The notes: generated by a model not told the origin, from the letters alone. A DNA stretch of 64,000 nt from Octopus vulgaris (GCA_951406725.2 OX597814.1:162626001-162690000), one strand, 5' to 3'; counted from the stretch's first letter, positions 28,893 to 46,319 are shown. A program made the numbers and translations.

Positions 28893-29191
28893 CTGACTGA
28901 GTATGTTTTCTAAGACAGTTATTGTAATATTGTTTTGGGTGCACTGTAGATTACGTGTCTGGGTGTTTGGTGGGGAGAGGACTGTAGAAGCAACGGCAGT
29001 GACTGTGGTGTCTGAGTGCTTTTACGTGTGTGTTTGCGCGCTGTTTAGCTTGCTTTCAGCATAACTTCTACGTACGCTGTGAATGTTGTGGTTGCGTAGT
29101 ACGTAATTCCTAGCTGGTTTTTTGTTGTTGTTGTGGTTGTTGTTGTTTAGTCCGAAGTTAATTCTGGTCGATCAGACTATATATATACATA

Positions 29192-29408
29192 CCTATTTCT
29201 TTATTACCCACAAGGGGCTAAACATAGAGGGGACAAACATAGGTATTAAGTCGATTACATCACCCCCAGTGCGTAACTGGTGCTTTATTTATCGACCCCG
29301 AAAGGATGAAAGGCAAAGTCGACCTCGGCGGAATTTGAACTCGCAACGTTACGGCAGCCGAAATACCGCTAAGCATTTCGCCCGGCGTGCTGACGATTCG
29401 GCCAGCTA
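29192..29408 (-). mobile_element. SINE family B
   Basis: Matches family B. Confidence 0.85.
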
Positions 29409-31474
29409 GCCTCACCACCCACAACGTCACCTTCCTTATAAGATGACAGGGAGACAATTTGACTGTTAATTCTGTCAGAAGACGCAAATACGCAATTCCT
29501 AGTATTTTGCAGGGTGTCTTCCGCTAAAATCAGCGGCTGTTTTAAAGTGGGCAATTCAGTGGATAACGAACTCCCAGTCACAGCAGATTGAAAGAAGAGA
29601 TTAAAAAAAAAAAAATTGAAAAAAAAACCCGACTGCGGATCTAAAAAAAAAAAAAACACTGAAAATTTGCTACTTTTCAAAGTGGCTATACATTTTTGTA
29701 ACGTGTCTATCGCCGAGGCCAACATGGTGATATCTTCAGGACTATTTCTATCTTTACCTATTCGTGGGTTTATTTTGGGGTTGAGGGTTATTTTGTAAAA
29801 CTAAGAGCCACAGTGGAATAGAACTCAATTCATTAGGGCTAATTATTATTATTATTATTATTATTTATTAAACCAGTCCCCGAAAATAGTCGAAGAACCA
29901 ACGTCTACCGGGCATGAAATTTAAGGGCGGAAACTTATGGCAGAAAAATGTAAAGAGTCTGCACACCAATATCTTGACAATTTCCATCGTTTTTAACAAC
30001 AGTTTCTACTCAGTTGCTCGTCCTGCTAGAAATAGCAGTCAAAGAGGAGGACTCTTAGATAATGCTCGGTACACATCGAAAAGATAGGACAATCATAGCA
30101 AAGAAAGCACTGATCTTAGATTTGCTCGATCACGGTTCACCTGGGTTAACCTGATGCTAAATAACTTCAACTTGAATATCATCAGTAATTATTGTTACTA
30201 AGTAACACATGTACAAGGCCTGAATTGAGGGGGAAGGTGTTAGTCTATACCAACAACATCAGTGTTTTGGCATGTACTCAGTCATATAAACCTCATATGG
30301 ATAAAAGGCAAAGTTGCTCTCAACCAGATTTGAACTCAGAATGTAGAGTGACACAACGAAATATCGCAAGACGTGACATTCTGACGATTCTACCAGTCCA
30401 CCACCTTAACAGCAATAATTGTTGTTTCTGGGTTAGGTACAAGGTCAGCAGGTTTAGGGGCAGTGAGTCCGTTACATTGACTCCAATATTTGACTGGTAC
30501 TTAATTTGATCCATCTCGAAAGGATGGAAAGGCAAAGCAGACCCGGTGATCTTTCGGTAATGGTATGCAGAGTGTCTTTTTCAGCCTAGCCTCTTCAACT
30601 ATGCCATGAGGGAAGGTTGTGTAGGTGAATTATGTCATCTAACAATATCGATGGATTACTTCTGTCCCTGGGCGGCATTTGAACTCAGGATGTAAAGAAC
30701 CGGAAGACATACAACAATAACTACAACAACAGTAACAATAACTGCAATAGCTACACGCCGACAGCTCAAATACTGAGAGGAAAGAATATTTTAGTATGCA
30801 ACCTTTATCATTTATCCTCAATGCACGAGTAACCTTTTTAGAGGCTACCAGCAGGAATAGAAACTGGGGCGCGGGTTTTTCCTTTTAAACAAAACAGCTG
30901 TCATAGTAATAATAAAAGTAATTGCTTCTAATTGGCTTTTTAAGGGAGGAGACAACCCACAGTATCAACCCAGTACTTGACTGGTACTTTACGCGGGAGT
31001 GAAAGGTGAAGTTGAGCCCATCGTTTCTAATGTACGTGATAGGTCAGGAATATGGGCGAGGGGTATAAGCGATTAAATCAACCCCAGTACTTAACTGGTA
31101 TTTTATTGGAATGACTGGTAGTTTATTGGCCTTGGCGGGATTTGAACTCAGAGGATAAAGAACATAAACTAAATACAGATTTTACCAACCCTTACACATT
31201 GACACAAGGCTAAAAAAAAATCTGAGGGGAGGGTACACTTGATTATATATCGACCCACCAATATTTTTGATTCAGTTTTATCGACCCCGGAAAGACGAGA
31301 GGCAACGTTGATCTCGCCGTGATTTGAACTTTGAACACACACACACACATACACACACAAACGCCGGTATGAATACCACAAGCATTTTACCGGCACTCAA
31401 CCGATTTTGGTATCCTACCACCCTCCTTACAATAATTATAAAAGGTTTCTTATCTTATTGTTTACAAGTATATA

Positions 31475-31900
31475 AATGATAACGACGTCGATAATATTGT
31501 GAATGATAACAGTGACGATAATGATGACGACAACGATGACGACGATGATGATAATATGGTTTGCGATAAGGTTTTAACAATAATGATGACATTCGTGATG
31601 ACAACGACAATGATTACGGTTATGATGAGGATGCTGAGAATGACAATTACGATGAAGACGATAGTGACAGTGATTACGATTCAAATAGATGATAATTTCG
31701 CTTTATGATAATGAAGATTATTGTGGTGATGACAACGGCGACAAATGGTGATGATAATGATGAGACGGTGGTGGAGGATATCATGAATGAGAATGAGGAT
31801 GAATATGAATATGAAAATTACAATGATGATGATGATGACGACGACATTGACGATGAGACAATTGTAATATGTCATCAAGAAACAACAACAAATAAAAGTT
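31475..31900. repeat. Degenerate (GAT/GAC)n trinucleotide tract
   Basis: Direct inspection. Confidence 0.8.
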
Positions 31901-32069
31901 GAAGAACAATCATCGCCGCAATAACGAGTATTTTTCTATGGACAGTAGTAGTAGTAGTAATTGTAGTTTGAAGGAAGTTGTAAAAATAATTAAGACTATA
32001 TGTATATACACACCTACACAAACTCATACAAACACACAGAAAGACACCCATATGTATTTGTGTGTGTAA

Positions 32070-32082
32070 AATATATACATGT

Positions 32083-32126
<44 letters not shown>

Positions 32127-32325
32127 ATGTATATATATATACATATATATATATATGTGTGTGTGTGTATGTATATATATATACATATATATATATGTGT
32201 GTGTGTGTATGTATATATATATATACATATATATGTATATATGTGTGTGTGTATGTATATATATACATATATATATATGTGTGTGTGTGTATGTATATAT
32301 ATATATACATATATATATATGTGTG

Positions 32326-32374
<49 letters not shown>

Positions 32375-32387
32375 GTGTGTGTATGTG

Positions 32388-32426
<39 letters not shown>

Positions 32427-32463
32427 ATGTATATATATATATATGTGTGTGTATGTATATATA

Positions 32464-32500
<37 letters not shown>

Positions 32501-32522
32501 ATATATATATATATACATATAC

Positions 32523-32553
<31 letters not shown>

Positions 32554-32690
32554 CACTCATATGTGTATATATATATACATATGTGCATACACATATGTAT
32601 ACACATAAATATATGCATCTAGACGCATGTATATACCACACATACACACATCACATGTGTGTGTGCATATATATATATATATATATAGGC
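32070..32690. repeat. Compound (TA)n(TG)n microsatellite
   Basis: Direct inspection. Confidence 0.95.
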
Positions 32691-33039
32691 AGATGAGTGA
32701 ATGACCGGATAGTTCCGAATTCAGGTCTTGCTCAGGTTCACTTATCCAAATACCTTAGAAGTCCGTGCCCCCAGTATGGCCCCAAAACAGTGATAAGAAC
32801 CAAAACACACACACACACACACACACATATTATATATAGCTACACGGACACACTCGTACATACACACACACACACGCACGCATGTTAAGGTATGTCATCA
32901 AGGACATTTTCTGGAGGGTGACACTGATGATGATGGCGACCACGATGACACTCGCTATATTTTGCGTAATGTTTAGGTGGTGTTGATGTGAGATCTTCGC
33001 TTTAATAAAGTGATTTAACGCGATACGCGCGCCAGCACA

Positions 33040-33070
<31 letters not shown>

Positions 33071-33139
33071 GCAAAATACATGAATGAAAAAGTATTATAA
33101 AAATACGACACGTAACTATATATATATTTTGCAGTGATA

Positions 33140-33141
33140 GG

Positions 33142-33190
<49 letters not shown>

Positions 33191-33290
33191 CTATATAGAC
33201 AGACAGATAGATAGATCTATATAGACAGACAGATAGATAGATAGATAGATCTATATAGACAGATAGATAGATAGATAGATCTATATAGAC

Positions 33291-33346
<56 letters not shown>

Positions 33347-33380
33347 CTATCTATATAGATAGATAGATAGATAGATAGAA
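33140..33380. repeat. (AGAT)n tetranucleotide microsatellite
   Basis: Direct inspection. Confidence 0.95.
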
Positions 33381-33548
33381 TAATATACAACTCTGAAAGA
33401 GAGAAAAGAACATGTAAACATATATATATATAAATCAATATTGAAAAAAGAAAGAAATTATGAAAATATAACAGAATGCGAGAAATATAAAGTTGCCGGT
33501 TTTAAGAAGGAAAGAGAAAAAAAAAAAGGAATGTTTTTAGCGTCTCAC

Positions 33549-33618
33549 CTGTAATACTGGGAATCCATAAGCCGTAGAGACTACTCTCGGTTTCCGTGGG
33601 TTTGCGGTTAGCCACCAT
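33549..33618 (-). CDS. Candidate first coding exon of an unidentified host gene (MVANRKPTETESSLYGLWIPSIT, phase-1 donor)
   Basis: Minus strand aacATGg Kozak-like start at 33618, 70 nt of non-repetitive GC-richer sequence, then a CAG|GTGAGA donor at 33548. No homology recognised. Confidence 0.3.
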
Positions 33619-35711
33619 GTTAGCAAAAAAAAAAAAAAGTACAACAACGACGTCAAGAAGAGTAGCCCAGAACAACAACAACAACTACTACTGCTTTTAC
33701 AACAACAACAATAATAAACACCAACCACACAGTAAACAATAAACAGCAGTTAGAGCCCGATACAAGCAACAGCTTCAGCAAAACTTCTCCAAGTAAACTA
33801 AGTCACTCAGTCCGTCTCCTCTTCCTCTCACACTGTGTTATTATTGTTTTTTTCTCTCCTTCTTCTTCCGTTCCTCTTTCTCTTTCTTTCCTTCTCTCTT
33901 TTCCCTAGCTCTGTCTCTCTCTCTTACGTTCTTTCTTCTTTTCTGTCTTCCTCTATTTCTGTCTTGCTTGCTTTCTCCTCCTACTTCTTATCTGTCTATC
34001 TTTTTCTATCTCTCAACTATACGTGTGTATATGTTGAAAAGGCTAGTTTTTAACCCAAGACTGGCCTAAAACATTGTTGTTTTGGCATTGTCGAGAATTG
34101 TGGGTCGGCATGGATCATATTTTGCTCGTTGTAACGTTGTTTCTGTGTTTTTTCTCCTTCCTTTTTTCGTTTCGTTATATATTTGTTGTGAAGTTTTTGT
34201 TGTTCTAGAAAGTTAAGTCCACTACTTTCTCTTCACATCTCTTCTAAAAACATTTTTGGGTGGGTTATAGGTCGGTCGGTCGACTTTATCTGCGTGGTTA
34301 TGCGTAGACGGTGACGGCGACGGCGACAAACAGTAACACTAAGGTGGCGGTAGCGGTGGTGTCAGCATCGTTATAGCTGGTAGACGTGATGATGACGGAG
34401 GTGGTGATGATTAGCGATTGTGGTGGTGGTGGTGGTACTGGTAGGAGTAGTGGTGGCAGAGGAGATGGTGACGAAGGTTAAAAGTAGAAAGAGCTAGTGT
34501 GAGAGGTGGTGAAAGAAGAAGGCAAAGAGAAAGAAAGAGGGAGCGTGAAAAAGTGAGAGTAAGCTTATACACTCTGTGTTGATGGTGGCGAGATAGGTCG
34601 GCTGGCTGGTTGGCTGGTTTGTTGGTAAGTTTGGAGAGAGTTGCTGGTGCAGTGAGAGAGACAGATAAAGAGAGAGAATGGTGAGAGAAATAAGAAGAAA
34701 AAAGAGGGGGAAAAGATGAGGAATGGGCTGAGCGAAAAAGATAAGAGAAGGGCTAATTAGTGTGAGAGGAATAGTTAGAGAAATATATAAAAAAAACACG
34801 ATATATAGTTAGAAAGTGAGAGAGAAAGAAGCGAAGACGGTTAAAGAGAGACAGAGAGAAAGAGAAAGAGAGAGAGACAGAGAGAGGATTGCCGCCGTGG
34901 TGACGGTTTTAGTATATTTCTCGCAGTAGTAGTCGTTGTCATACTAGTCAGTGCTACAGTAGGTGTTGTAGGGGTGTATGGTACTGTGGTACAGTGTGAT
35001 TTGGTGTGTTGGTAGTGCTGGTAGATTTATAGAAGGCGGCTCCGAGGAGATTGTTCAGGTTAGTTTCTGAGTCTGTGTAGGTACATGTATCATGCATGCA
35101 TACATACATACCATGCATGCATGTATGTATGTATGTATGTATGTATGTATGTACTTAAGTGTTTGCGTGTGGCGAGAAAGAGCGGTATCACAGAGGAACC
35201 ATATGACGCAGGCATGGGCGAGTGGTTAAGACGAACGCTTTGCAATTGAGGTCCATGAGGCCCTGCGTTCGAACCCCCTGCCTGCTGCGTAAGCAAGCGT
35301 GTATTTTACCATTACAACGGATCGATTCAAAGGCCTGTGAGTGAAGCTAGGCAGATGGAAACTGTGCAGAAGTCCTAGGATAGCTTATACCTGTAATTCA
35401 AATGTGGTTCGGGCCTTGTCTCTCATACTTGTCACGTTGATTCCGCCCGAGGATTACGTTATAGAAACATGTGTATGCAGAATGCTCGGCCGCTTACACT
35501 TAATAATTCAATCTGTAGCTTCTACAGCTGTTCATAACCGACACAACACACACTCACTTACTCGTACACACACACACACACGCGCGCGCGCATAAAATGT
35601 ATTAATTTAACATGTTGTCTTCATATTTATTCATACCCTATTACTTTATACTGGATGTGGTCTATTTTATGAGTTCTTCGGACAACTATACATACATACA
35701 TACAGGCATAC

Positions 35712-35802
<91 letters not shown>

Positions 35803-36675
35803 CAAGATATTTTCTTCTGCATAAGTAGAAATATAGAATGAATTTGGGGTTTGAAAATGCACTTCGATCTTAAAATGTCTTTATAAAATTTCTTTAAAAT
35901 TTATTAAAATACCAATATACGTATGTGTGAGCGTGTGTGTGCGCATATATATATATATGTGTGTGTGTGATTATACACACAAACATATATATACACACAT
36001 ATATGCATGTGTGTAAATGTATATACATATATGCATGTGTGTATATGTATATAAATATATATGCACATATACATGTGCATAAGGTATATATATTGTATAT
36101 ACATGTGTATACGTATACATACAGACATACATATATGTACATACGTACATGCATACCTACGTACATACATACGCGTATAAACGTATATACAACTTCGTTG
36201 GCCCATGTGTCCTTCCGTTTGCAGGCGGTGGGGTGTGATTCGAGAGAATTCGGCTGCCACTTCTAGGAAGGCGACCGACCGCGATAAGACTCAGCCGTTT
36301 GTAAGAAAAAGAGAGAAAGAAAGAGAGAGAGAAAAAAAATAGAAAAAGCGAAAGAGGGGTGAAAAGTAGAACTGTGGAGGGAGGTCGATAGGGCGGGGCG
36401 GACATGCGAGTCTAGCCATTGACTTACGGTGGGGTGCTAGCTTCTGGTCGTTTAGTATAACAGACGTAGGATGATTGAGAGAAGGAAAGTGAGAGAGAGA
36501 TAAAGACAGAGAGTGTGTGTGAGAGAGAGAGAGGTGGGTAGTGTGTATGTATATATATATATATATCTAGAGATGGCTTGTATATGTTATGTGTGTGGAT
36601 ATAATGTGTGTATTAGTTTTGTATAAAGAGAAACAAATAGACGTATGGAATGGGGCCAAAGGGATAATGTGTGTG

Positions 36676-36719
<44 letters not shown>

Positions 36720-37354
36720 CGGGAGAGATACTGAGAGAGACATCAGACGTAGAAGAATGTACATATATATATATATATATATTCCTCTGTGTATATGTGT
36801 ACGTGCTCGTGTGTGTGTGTGAGAGAGAGTATATAGAAGTTGTATACAACAAAAGTAGCAAAAGAAGAGACATAGACAGACAGAGAGAGGGAGGGATAGA
36901 GGGAGAAAGAGAGAAGGATAAGAGGTAGAAATAGAAAACATAAATATTGAAGAGAGAAAGAATGAAAGAGATGAAGAAAGAAGATGAAGAGATATCGGCA
37001 AGTGAACGAGAAAGATAGGAGAAAGAAGAGGAAAATAGATAGTAGATACTTTGAATTTGAGGAGAGTTAGAGAAAAAAGATAGAAGCGATAAAAGAGACG
37101 AATAAACAGAGATATTGGACGGCTGCAGAAAAAGAGAAAGAAGCAAAGACACTGACAAAGTCAGAGAGAAGAGATAGGATAGAATTAGAGAGAGGGGTGG
37201 GGGAGACGGGGGTGGGGGTGGAATGAGAGAGAGAATGAGAGAGAGAATGAGAGAGAGAGAGAGCTTGTTGAAAGGTTGTGAATCGAGAGAAAAATAATGC
37301 TCTATGTGTTTTATATGCACATGTATGATGTATGTTCATATTCACGCGCACGCT

Positions 37355-37575
37355 CACGTATGTATGTATGTATTTATGTATGTATGTATGTATGTATGTA
37401 TGTATGTATGTATGTATGTATGTATGTATGTATGTATGTATGTATGTATGTATGTATGTATGTATGCATGCGTGTGTGTGTGCATTTGTATAAAGAGTAG
37501 GCGTATCTTTCTCTTCGGATGGGTTAAATTTATCTATCTATCTATCTATATATCTACCCATCTATCTATTTACCC

Positions 37576-37647
<72 letters not shown>

Positions 37648-37649
37648 GC

Positions 37650-37707
<58 letters not shown>

Positions 37708-37721
37708 GCCTATCTATCTGC

Positions 37722-37765
<44 letters not shown>

Positions 37766-37770
37766 ATATT
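37355..37770. repeat. (TATG)n and (TATC)n microsatellites
   Basis: Direct inspection. Confidence 0.95.
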
Positions 37771-37904
37771 TGTGTGTGTGGTATGGGTGGCGGGTGTTCA
37801 TTACTTCTTTTAGCCATCGCGACAAAAAAAAAACTGTGCCGGATGAGAGAGAAAGAGAGAGAGAAAAGTGAGAAGAAAGAGAGGTAGATAGACAGAGTGA
37901 GAAT

Positions 37905-37957
<53 letters not shown>

Positions 37958-38394
37958 CAGAGACAGAGAAACAGACAGACAGAATGCGAGAAAATAAAAG
38001 CTAGTACGACATAGAAACAAAGTAACAGAAAAAGTAAATTCTCGGCAAATTTTCTACTTAGATGTGTATGAAATCATAACGTGAGGAACTTCTGATTATA
38101 CAAGTATAAGAGAGACACGCACCCAAATCAGTCGCACACATACACACAGAGAAACGGACAAACGCATACCAGTACGCATCTTATGTACAGGCACAGCACA
38201 ACACCTGCTTTACACATACACGCATGTCACACGTAAGGTAACCGTCTCCCCACCACCACCTTCGCTTCTTACAGTTTCGACCACTTAGACAGGCGTGCGT
38301 GCATTTTAGGAAACGCATGCAAACTATTTTCTCTCGTACCTTATGAGTAGCAACACCCGCATATACATACGTATACACGCACGCATACACACAC

Positions 38395-38460
<66 letters not shown>

Positions 38461-38497
38461 GTGTGTGTGTGTGTGTATCTATCTATCTATATATATG

Positions 38498-38726
38498 TTT
38501 CTTTACTGCCCACAAGGAGCTAAACATAGAGGGGACAAACAAGGACAGACATAGGTATTAAGTCGATTACATCGACTCCAGTGCGTAACTGGTACTTAAT
38601 TTATCGACCCCGAAAGCATGAAAGGCAAAGTCGACCTCGGCGGAATTTGAACTCAAAACGTAACGACAGATAAAATACCGCTAAGCATTTCGTCCGGCGC
38701 GCTAACGTGTCTGCCAGCTCGCCGCC
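38498..38726 (-). mobile_element. SINE family B, full length
   Basis: Matches family B and ends ctgccagctcgccgcc. Confidence 0.9.
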
Positions 38727-38727
38727 T

Positions 38728-38800
<73 letters not shown>

Positions 38801-38880
38801 CAGGCATCTGTAGACTAGTTTCAGGGTATTTGCCCCTTATCAATGAATATATATGAATATATATACATACATACATAAAT

Positions 38881-38987
<107 letters not shown>

Positions 38988-39406
38988 ATTCTTTTACGTG
39001 TTTCAGACCTAAGGCTGTGACCATGCTGGGGCACCGTTGCAATCCTTCGGTATTGGTACACGACGGCAATTACCTGCACAAACTTACGTCATGACATAGA
39101 TGAAGAGGTTAGGTTGAAAAAGAGGGTGAATGATGTCGTCTCCTCACGCTGACACTCGATAGACCAATGCCGAAGGAATACCATATATGTGTGCGTGTGC
39201 ATGCATATTGTGGTCATTGACCTTTTTCAATCCAAAGGGATCTTTAACCCAATAAATTACACGTAATTATTTATAGCTTTATGCTCTACGAGTTTCACTG
39301 TGTCAAAAAAGAATATATAATACATAATACATACATATTATATATATATACATATATATTATATTATATGGTACGGTATATATATATATATGTGTGTGTG
39401 TGTGCG

Positions 39407-39453
<47 letters not shown>

Positions 39454-39699
39454 GGCGTAGCTTTTGATAACAGTAATCATATGAACGACGATTGATTGTT
39501 AGCGAGAGGGACTCAACAGGTCCGGAATTCTGCGATATGCGCCGTTTAAAATTATCAACCGGTTATTGTTATCTAAAATCTCCATACCACACCAATCACA
39601 AAAAGCGGCTACGCTGCATGTTTGTGTGGAAGCATGGGTGTATATACCGAAACATAATTTATACATACATATACACAAGTATGCATGTATGTATGGATG

Positions 39700-41142
<1,443 letters not shown>

Positions 41143-41319
41143 AAGATTCACTCGAATAAGGTATCTGCTTAGGTCGGAACAGAATACACACACGCACATA
41201 TAAAGCGAAAGAGAGGGAGAGAGGAGCGGGAGAGAATGAACACGCAAAATATTCAAAAGTATGTCTATAATATACGAGTGTGTGTGTGTCTGTATACATA
41301 CATACCTAAATACGTATAG

Positions 41320-41372
<53 letters not shown>

Positions 41373-41673
41373 CGTGTGTGTGTATGCACGCATACATGTA
41401 GGCGTGTGTGGGTGTGAAATCATATCCGAGATGGCAGTATATGTATCGGCATTTAAGCGTGTGTAGGCGTATTTATATGATTACAAATATGAATCTCCCT
41501 TACACGAAAAATGGTTGAATTCCTAATTAACAGCTTATACAATCATACATACATACATACATACACACATACTTACATGTATATCGTATACGAAAATGGA
41601 TGGATGAACCGCTAATTAAATGCTTGTTTTTTTGTGCATACATACACACTCAAACGTGTATGTATGTACACAC

Positions 41674-41728
<55 letters not shown>

Positions 41729-42174
41729 TAGATAGATAGATAGATAGATAAAACTTACTTGGAAAAAGATGCGTGGAGTTCGATCATATAATGAATATAA
41801 ATAATATAAATATATATGCATATATTCATACATATATGTACATACCTACATATATATGTATATATATACATGCATATATGTAGGTATGTACATATATGTA
41901 TGTATATATGCATATATTTATTTATTATTTATATTTATATATATATATATATATATATGCAAATATCTATATATATACACCCCTGTATCTTTATACATAT
42001 TTATCTGTACACACACACACACACACACACATACATATATACACACCTGCATTTATATGTATATATACATAATTCTTCCTGTATCTCTCTATATATATGT
42101 GTGTGTGTGTGTGTGTGTATGTGTGTGTGTGTGTGTGTGTTTGTGTGTGTGCTCATATATATATATGCATGTAA

Positions 42175-42216
<42 letters not shown>

Positions 42217-42355
42217 TCCTATATCGATATGCATATTTATCTATCCACACACTCTCATATATATATATATATATATATATACACACCTGCATTTATATGT
42301 ATATATGTATATATACATAATTCTTGCTGTCTCTCTCTCTATATGTGTGTGTGTA

Positions 42356-42404
<49 letters not shown>

Positions 42405-43015
42405 GCATATGTAGCCACATGTATGCATATGTCTAAACAGACACACACGAAATGTGTGTGTACTTTTTATACGTATATCTATAAGTGTGTATTTGCAGGT
42501 GTATATGTTTGAATGAGTGCATGTATGTGTACCTCTGTGTGTGTATTGTGTGACAAGGTAACAATTCATTCAGGCATATATGTAGATATTGCAAACGCCA
42601 TAGAATTGGTAGTATGCACCCGACAAAACAGTTATACAACGGAAGCTGGATATCTTCTTACCATACTCTCATCCACACCCACAAAGTCCAAAAGAAATGG
42701 ATGAACGTCACATATTCGTACTGACCTATACTATACAGTAATCAAAAACTCTTGTGCATAATGCGTTAAAACGTGAAACTTAGTGTGTGCTATATCAATT
42801 TGTATATGTATGTATGTGTATGTATATATATATATATATATACATATATGTATGTATGTATATTAATACATACATATATATGCATACATATACATATATA
42901 AGCATATACATTTATATGCATATATATACATATACACATAGATATATATACACATATATATACATACATATACATATATATGCATATACATATATACATA
43001 CATATTTTTTTTTTT

Positions 43016-43349
43016 GACCCCCTTCGGTCATGAATGACCATGGGATTGCACCTAGAAGGTTACCTTCCTAGATACAAGTCCGGGCAAGGTTGTTTATGGA
43101 AGGCCAGCAGTCGCCCATGCATACCAGCCTCCCCTCTCCACGCCACCAGTGTTATCCAAGGGAAAGACAAAGGTCGATACAGCTTGGCACCAGCGACGTC
43201 GCAACTCATTTCTACAGCTGAGTGAACTGGAGCAACGTGAAATAAAGTGCCTTGCTCGAGAACACAACACGCAGCCCGGTCCGGGATTCGAGCTCACAAC
43301 CTCACGATCGTAAGCTCGACGCTCTAACCACTGAGCTATGCGCCTTCAC
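43016..43349 (-). mobile_element. tRNA-derived SINE family C
   Basis: Head gtgaaggcgcatagctcagtggttagagcgtcg...ctcgaatccc, central gagcaaggcactttatttcacgttgctccagttcactcagctg, and an A-tail. Confidence 0.9.
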
Positions 43350-43397
43350 ATACATATACACATATATATATATACATATACACATATATATATACAC

Positions 43398-43442
<45 letters not shown>

Positions 43443-43467
43443 CATATGCAAAGATACATATACATAA

Positions 43468-43510
<43 letters not shown>

Positions 43511-43561
43511 CATATATATATATATATATATACATACATATGCAAAGATACATATACATAA

Positions 43562-43613
<52 letters not shown>

Positions 43614-43864
43614 ATACATATATATATATATACATATATATATATACACATATACATATACATATATATATACATACATATATATATACATATATACATA
43701 ATATATATATACATATATACATATATACATATATATATATACATACATATACATATATATATACATATATATATACACATACATATACAAATATATACAT
43801 ATATACATATATATATATACATATATACATATATACATATATATATATACATATATACATATAT

Positions 43865-43895
<31 letters not shown>

Positions 43896-43946
43896 TACAT
43901 ATATACAGATACATATATATATACATATATACATATATACATATAC

Positions 43947-43980
<34 letters not shown>

Positions 43981-44180
43981 ATATATACATATACATATAT
44001 ATATATATACATATACATGTACATATATATATGCATACACACACACACATATATATATATATATATGCATACACACATATATATATATGCATATACATAT
44101 ATATATCTACATATATATACATATATACACATGTGTATATATACATATAGATATACAAACATATATATACACACACACAC
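43350..44180. repeat. Compound (TA)/(TACA) microsatellite
   Basis: Direct inspection. Confidence 0.95.
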
Positions 44181-45293
44181 ATAGGGAAAGAGATAGAGAG
44201 AGAGAGAGAGCAAGAACGAGAAAGAGAGGAGAGTCAAACAAAGAAAGATAATTATAAAAGAATAGACAAATGGGGCAATATCCAGGGACGCCTGCAGCCA
44301 GAATATTTAACTATAAACAGGACGCCATCATGCTTCATGAATAACTTTCCGCACCAAGGAAAAAAAGTAATTAATTAGAATTCCACTGGTATTGTTAGCA
44401 ACAATCATAATGCAAATATTTAATCACCTCCCCATCTACCAAGCAAAAAATTCTTTTTTCCTAAATAAGGGCGCCCTCCCGAAATTCGAACTTAGTAAAT
44501 ACAGAATTTATAGGTACGTGAGTGTATCTTATCAGCATAGTGACGACTCCGCACATGTTATGGCTTCATTAGGATCTAGCGAACCATAGACTAATTTTTA
44601 CTCCAAGTCCTTTGGATGACTATAGAAGTATACACGATTTTCGTTTCTTAGAATTATTATTCTTATTGTTGAATGAATAATTTTAATCAAATATGAAATT
44701 TCCGGCTTACTACCTCAAATGTGTTAGCATCCTCGTTGCCATTGACTTTCTAAGCAGCAATCTTCCAAGTTATAATTGCCCTCAGAGTTTATTGATGAGA
44801 ATGCCACGTTCCCCTCTAGTTATTCTAAAGATGTGAGGTTCAATAAGGCTGGAACATATTCGGAGTTGTCCCTATGCTGCTGAACAGCATTGAATATTTA
44901 ATGTATTTTAACTAAGACTTTTTCTATTAATTCAATTTAATTAAAAACTTTTTCTATTAATATAATTTAATTAAAACTTTTTCTAAAAATTCTACCCCTA
45001 GAATTTTTAAAAATCACATCAAGTCACATTTGCAAAAGATATACATACATACACACACTCACACGTGCGCGCGTATGTATGTATGTATGTATGTATGTAT
45101 GTATGTATGTATGTATGTATGTATGTATGTATGTATGTATGTATGTATGTACATACGTGCGCGCGTATGTATGTATGTATGTATGTATGTGTTTGTGGAT
45201 CTATGTACGTATATATATCGTGAAGTATCTTGTTACCACGCCATTATCGACGTCCACCACATATATGGAACGGCATGAATGTCTTATGTTCAA

Positions 45294-45650
45294 GCTGGCT
45301 CAGTTGTTAGGGTGTCGGACCCACAATCATGACGTAGTGAGTTCAATTCCTGGGCTCACAATCATGAGGTAGTGAGTTCGATTTCCAGGCTGTGTGTTGT
45401 GTTCTTGAGCAAGATACTTCATTTCACCATGCTCCAGTTCACTCAGCTGTAGAAATGAGTTGCGACGTCACTGGTGCCAAGCTGTTTCAACCTTTGCTTT
45501 ACCCTTGGATAACATTGTTGTCATGGAGACTGGAGGCTGGTATGCCTGGGCGACTGCTGGGCTTCCACAAAATCCTTGCCTGGACTTTTGCCTCGAAGGG
45601 GAACTTTCTAGGTGTAATCCCACGGTCATTCCTGGCCGAAGAGGGTCATT
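45294..45650 (+). mobile_element. SINE family C with internal head duplication
   Basis: Matches 43016-43349; cacaatcatga.gtagtgagttc is duplicated. Confidence 0.8.
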
Positions 45651-46247
45651 TTCTCTTTATATGTATGTATATATTTATAAGTGTGTATACAAATATACTT
45701 AAACATACACTTCCACAGAATATCAATCTGTATATGTATATATCTGTGTGTATGTGAAAATGTGGAGTTTTGTGTGTACGGGTGCGCGAGCGTGACAGCA
45801 TACCCATTGATTCAAACGTATATCCATATTCTGCGAACTCCCCAGATCTGGTAAAATGCACCCGACGAACCAGCCATACTACCGAGGGTGAGTATCTTGT
45901 TACCACGCCATTATCGACGTCCACCACATATATGGAAAGGCATCAATGTCTTATGTTCATGCTGGCCCTTATAAAGTGATCGAGTTGTGTGTCGGCATAC
46001 GTCAAGAAATTGGCTCTTATTGCGTGGGATATTAATTTAGTAATATTTTAAGAAAGATGTGCATATGTAGATATGTATGTGTGTGTGTGTGTGTGTCTGT
46101 GTGATTACGTGAGTGTGCATGTATGTATCTGTATATAAATGTGCGCGTGTGTACAATTATCAGAATCATACAGAACACAAACACATACACATTCATGTCA
46201 ATATATATGTATATGAGTATGTATGATATATTTATCCATGCACATGC

Positions 46248-46298
<51 letters not shown>

Positions 46299-46319
46299 CA
46301 TACGTATGTATAGTAGTTT

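Noticed and set aside
29505-29735. Possible plus-strand exon (ttttgcag| ... aacATGgtgata)
   Set aside because: Weak donor, stop codons and poly(A) runs; no supporting evidence.
31499-31902. Asp/Met/Thr-rich ORFs
   Set aside because: Degenerate (GAT)n microsatellite.
36225-36300. Possible small plus-strand exon between ttgcag and gtaaga
   Set aside because: Splice-like words only, with no recognisable coding signal.
39607-39619. 13-nt match (ggctacgctgcat) to the hammerhead stem I strand
   Set aside because: No ribozyme core follows and the orientation is wrong for a trans-cleavage target; likely chance.
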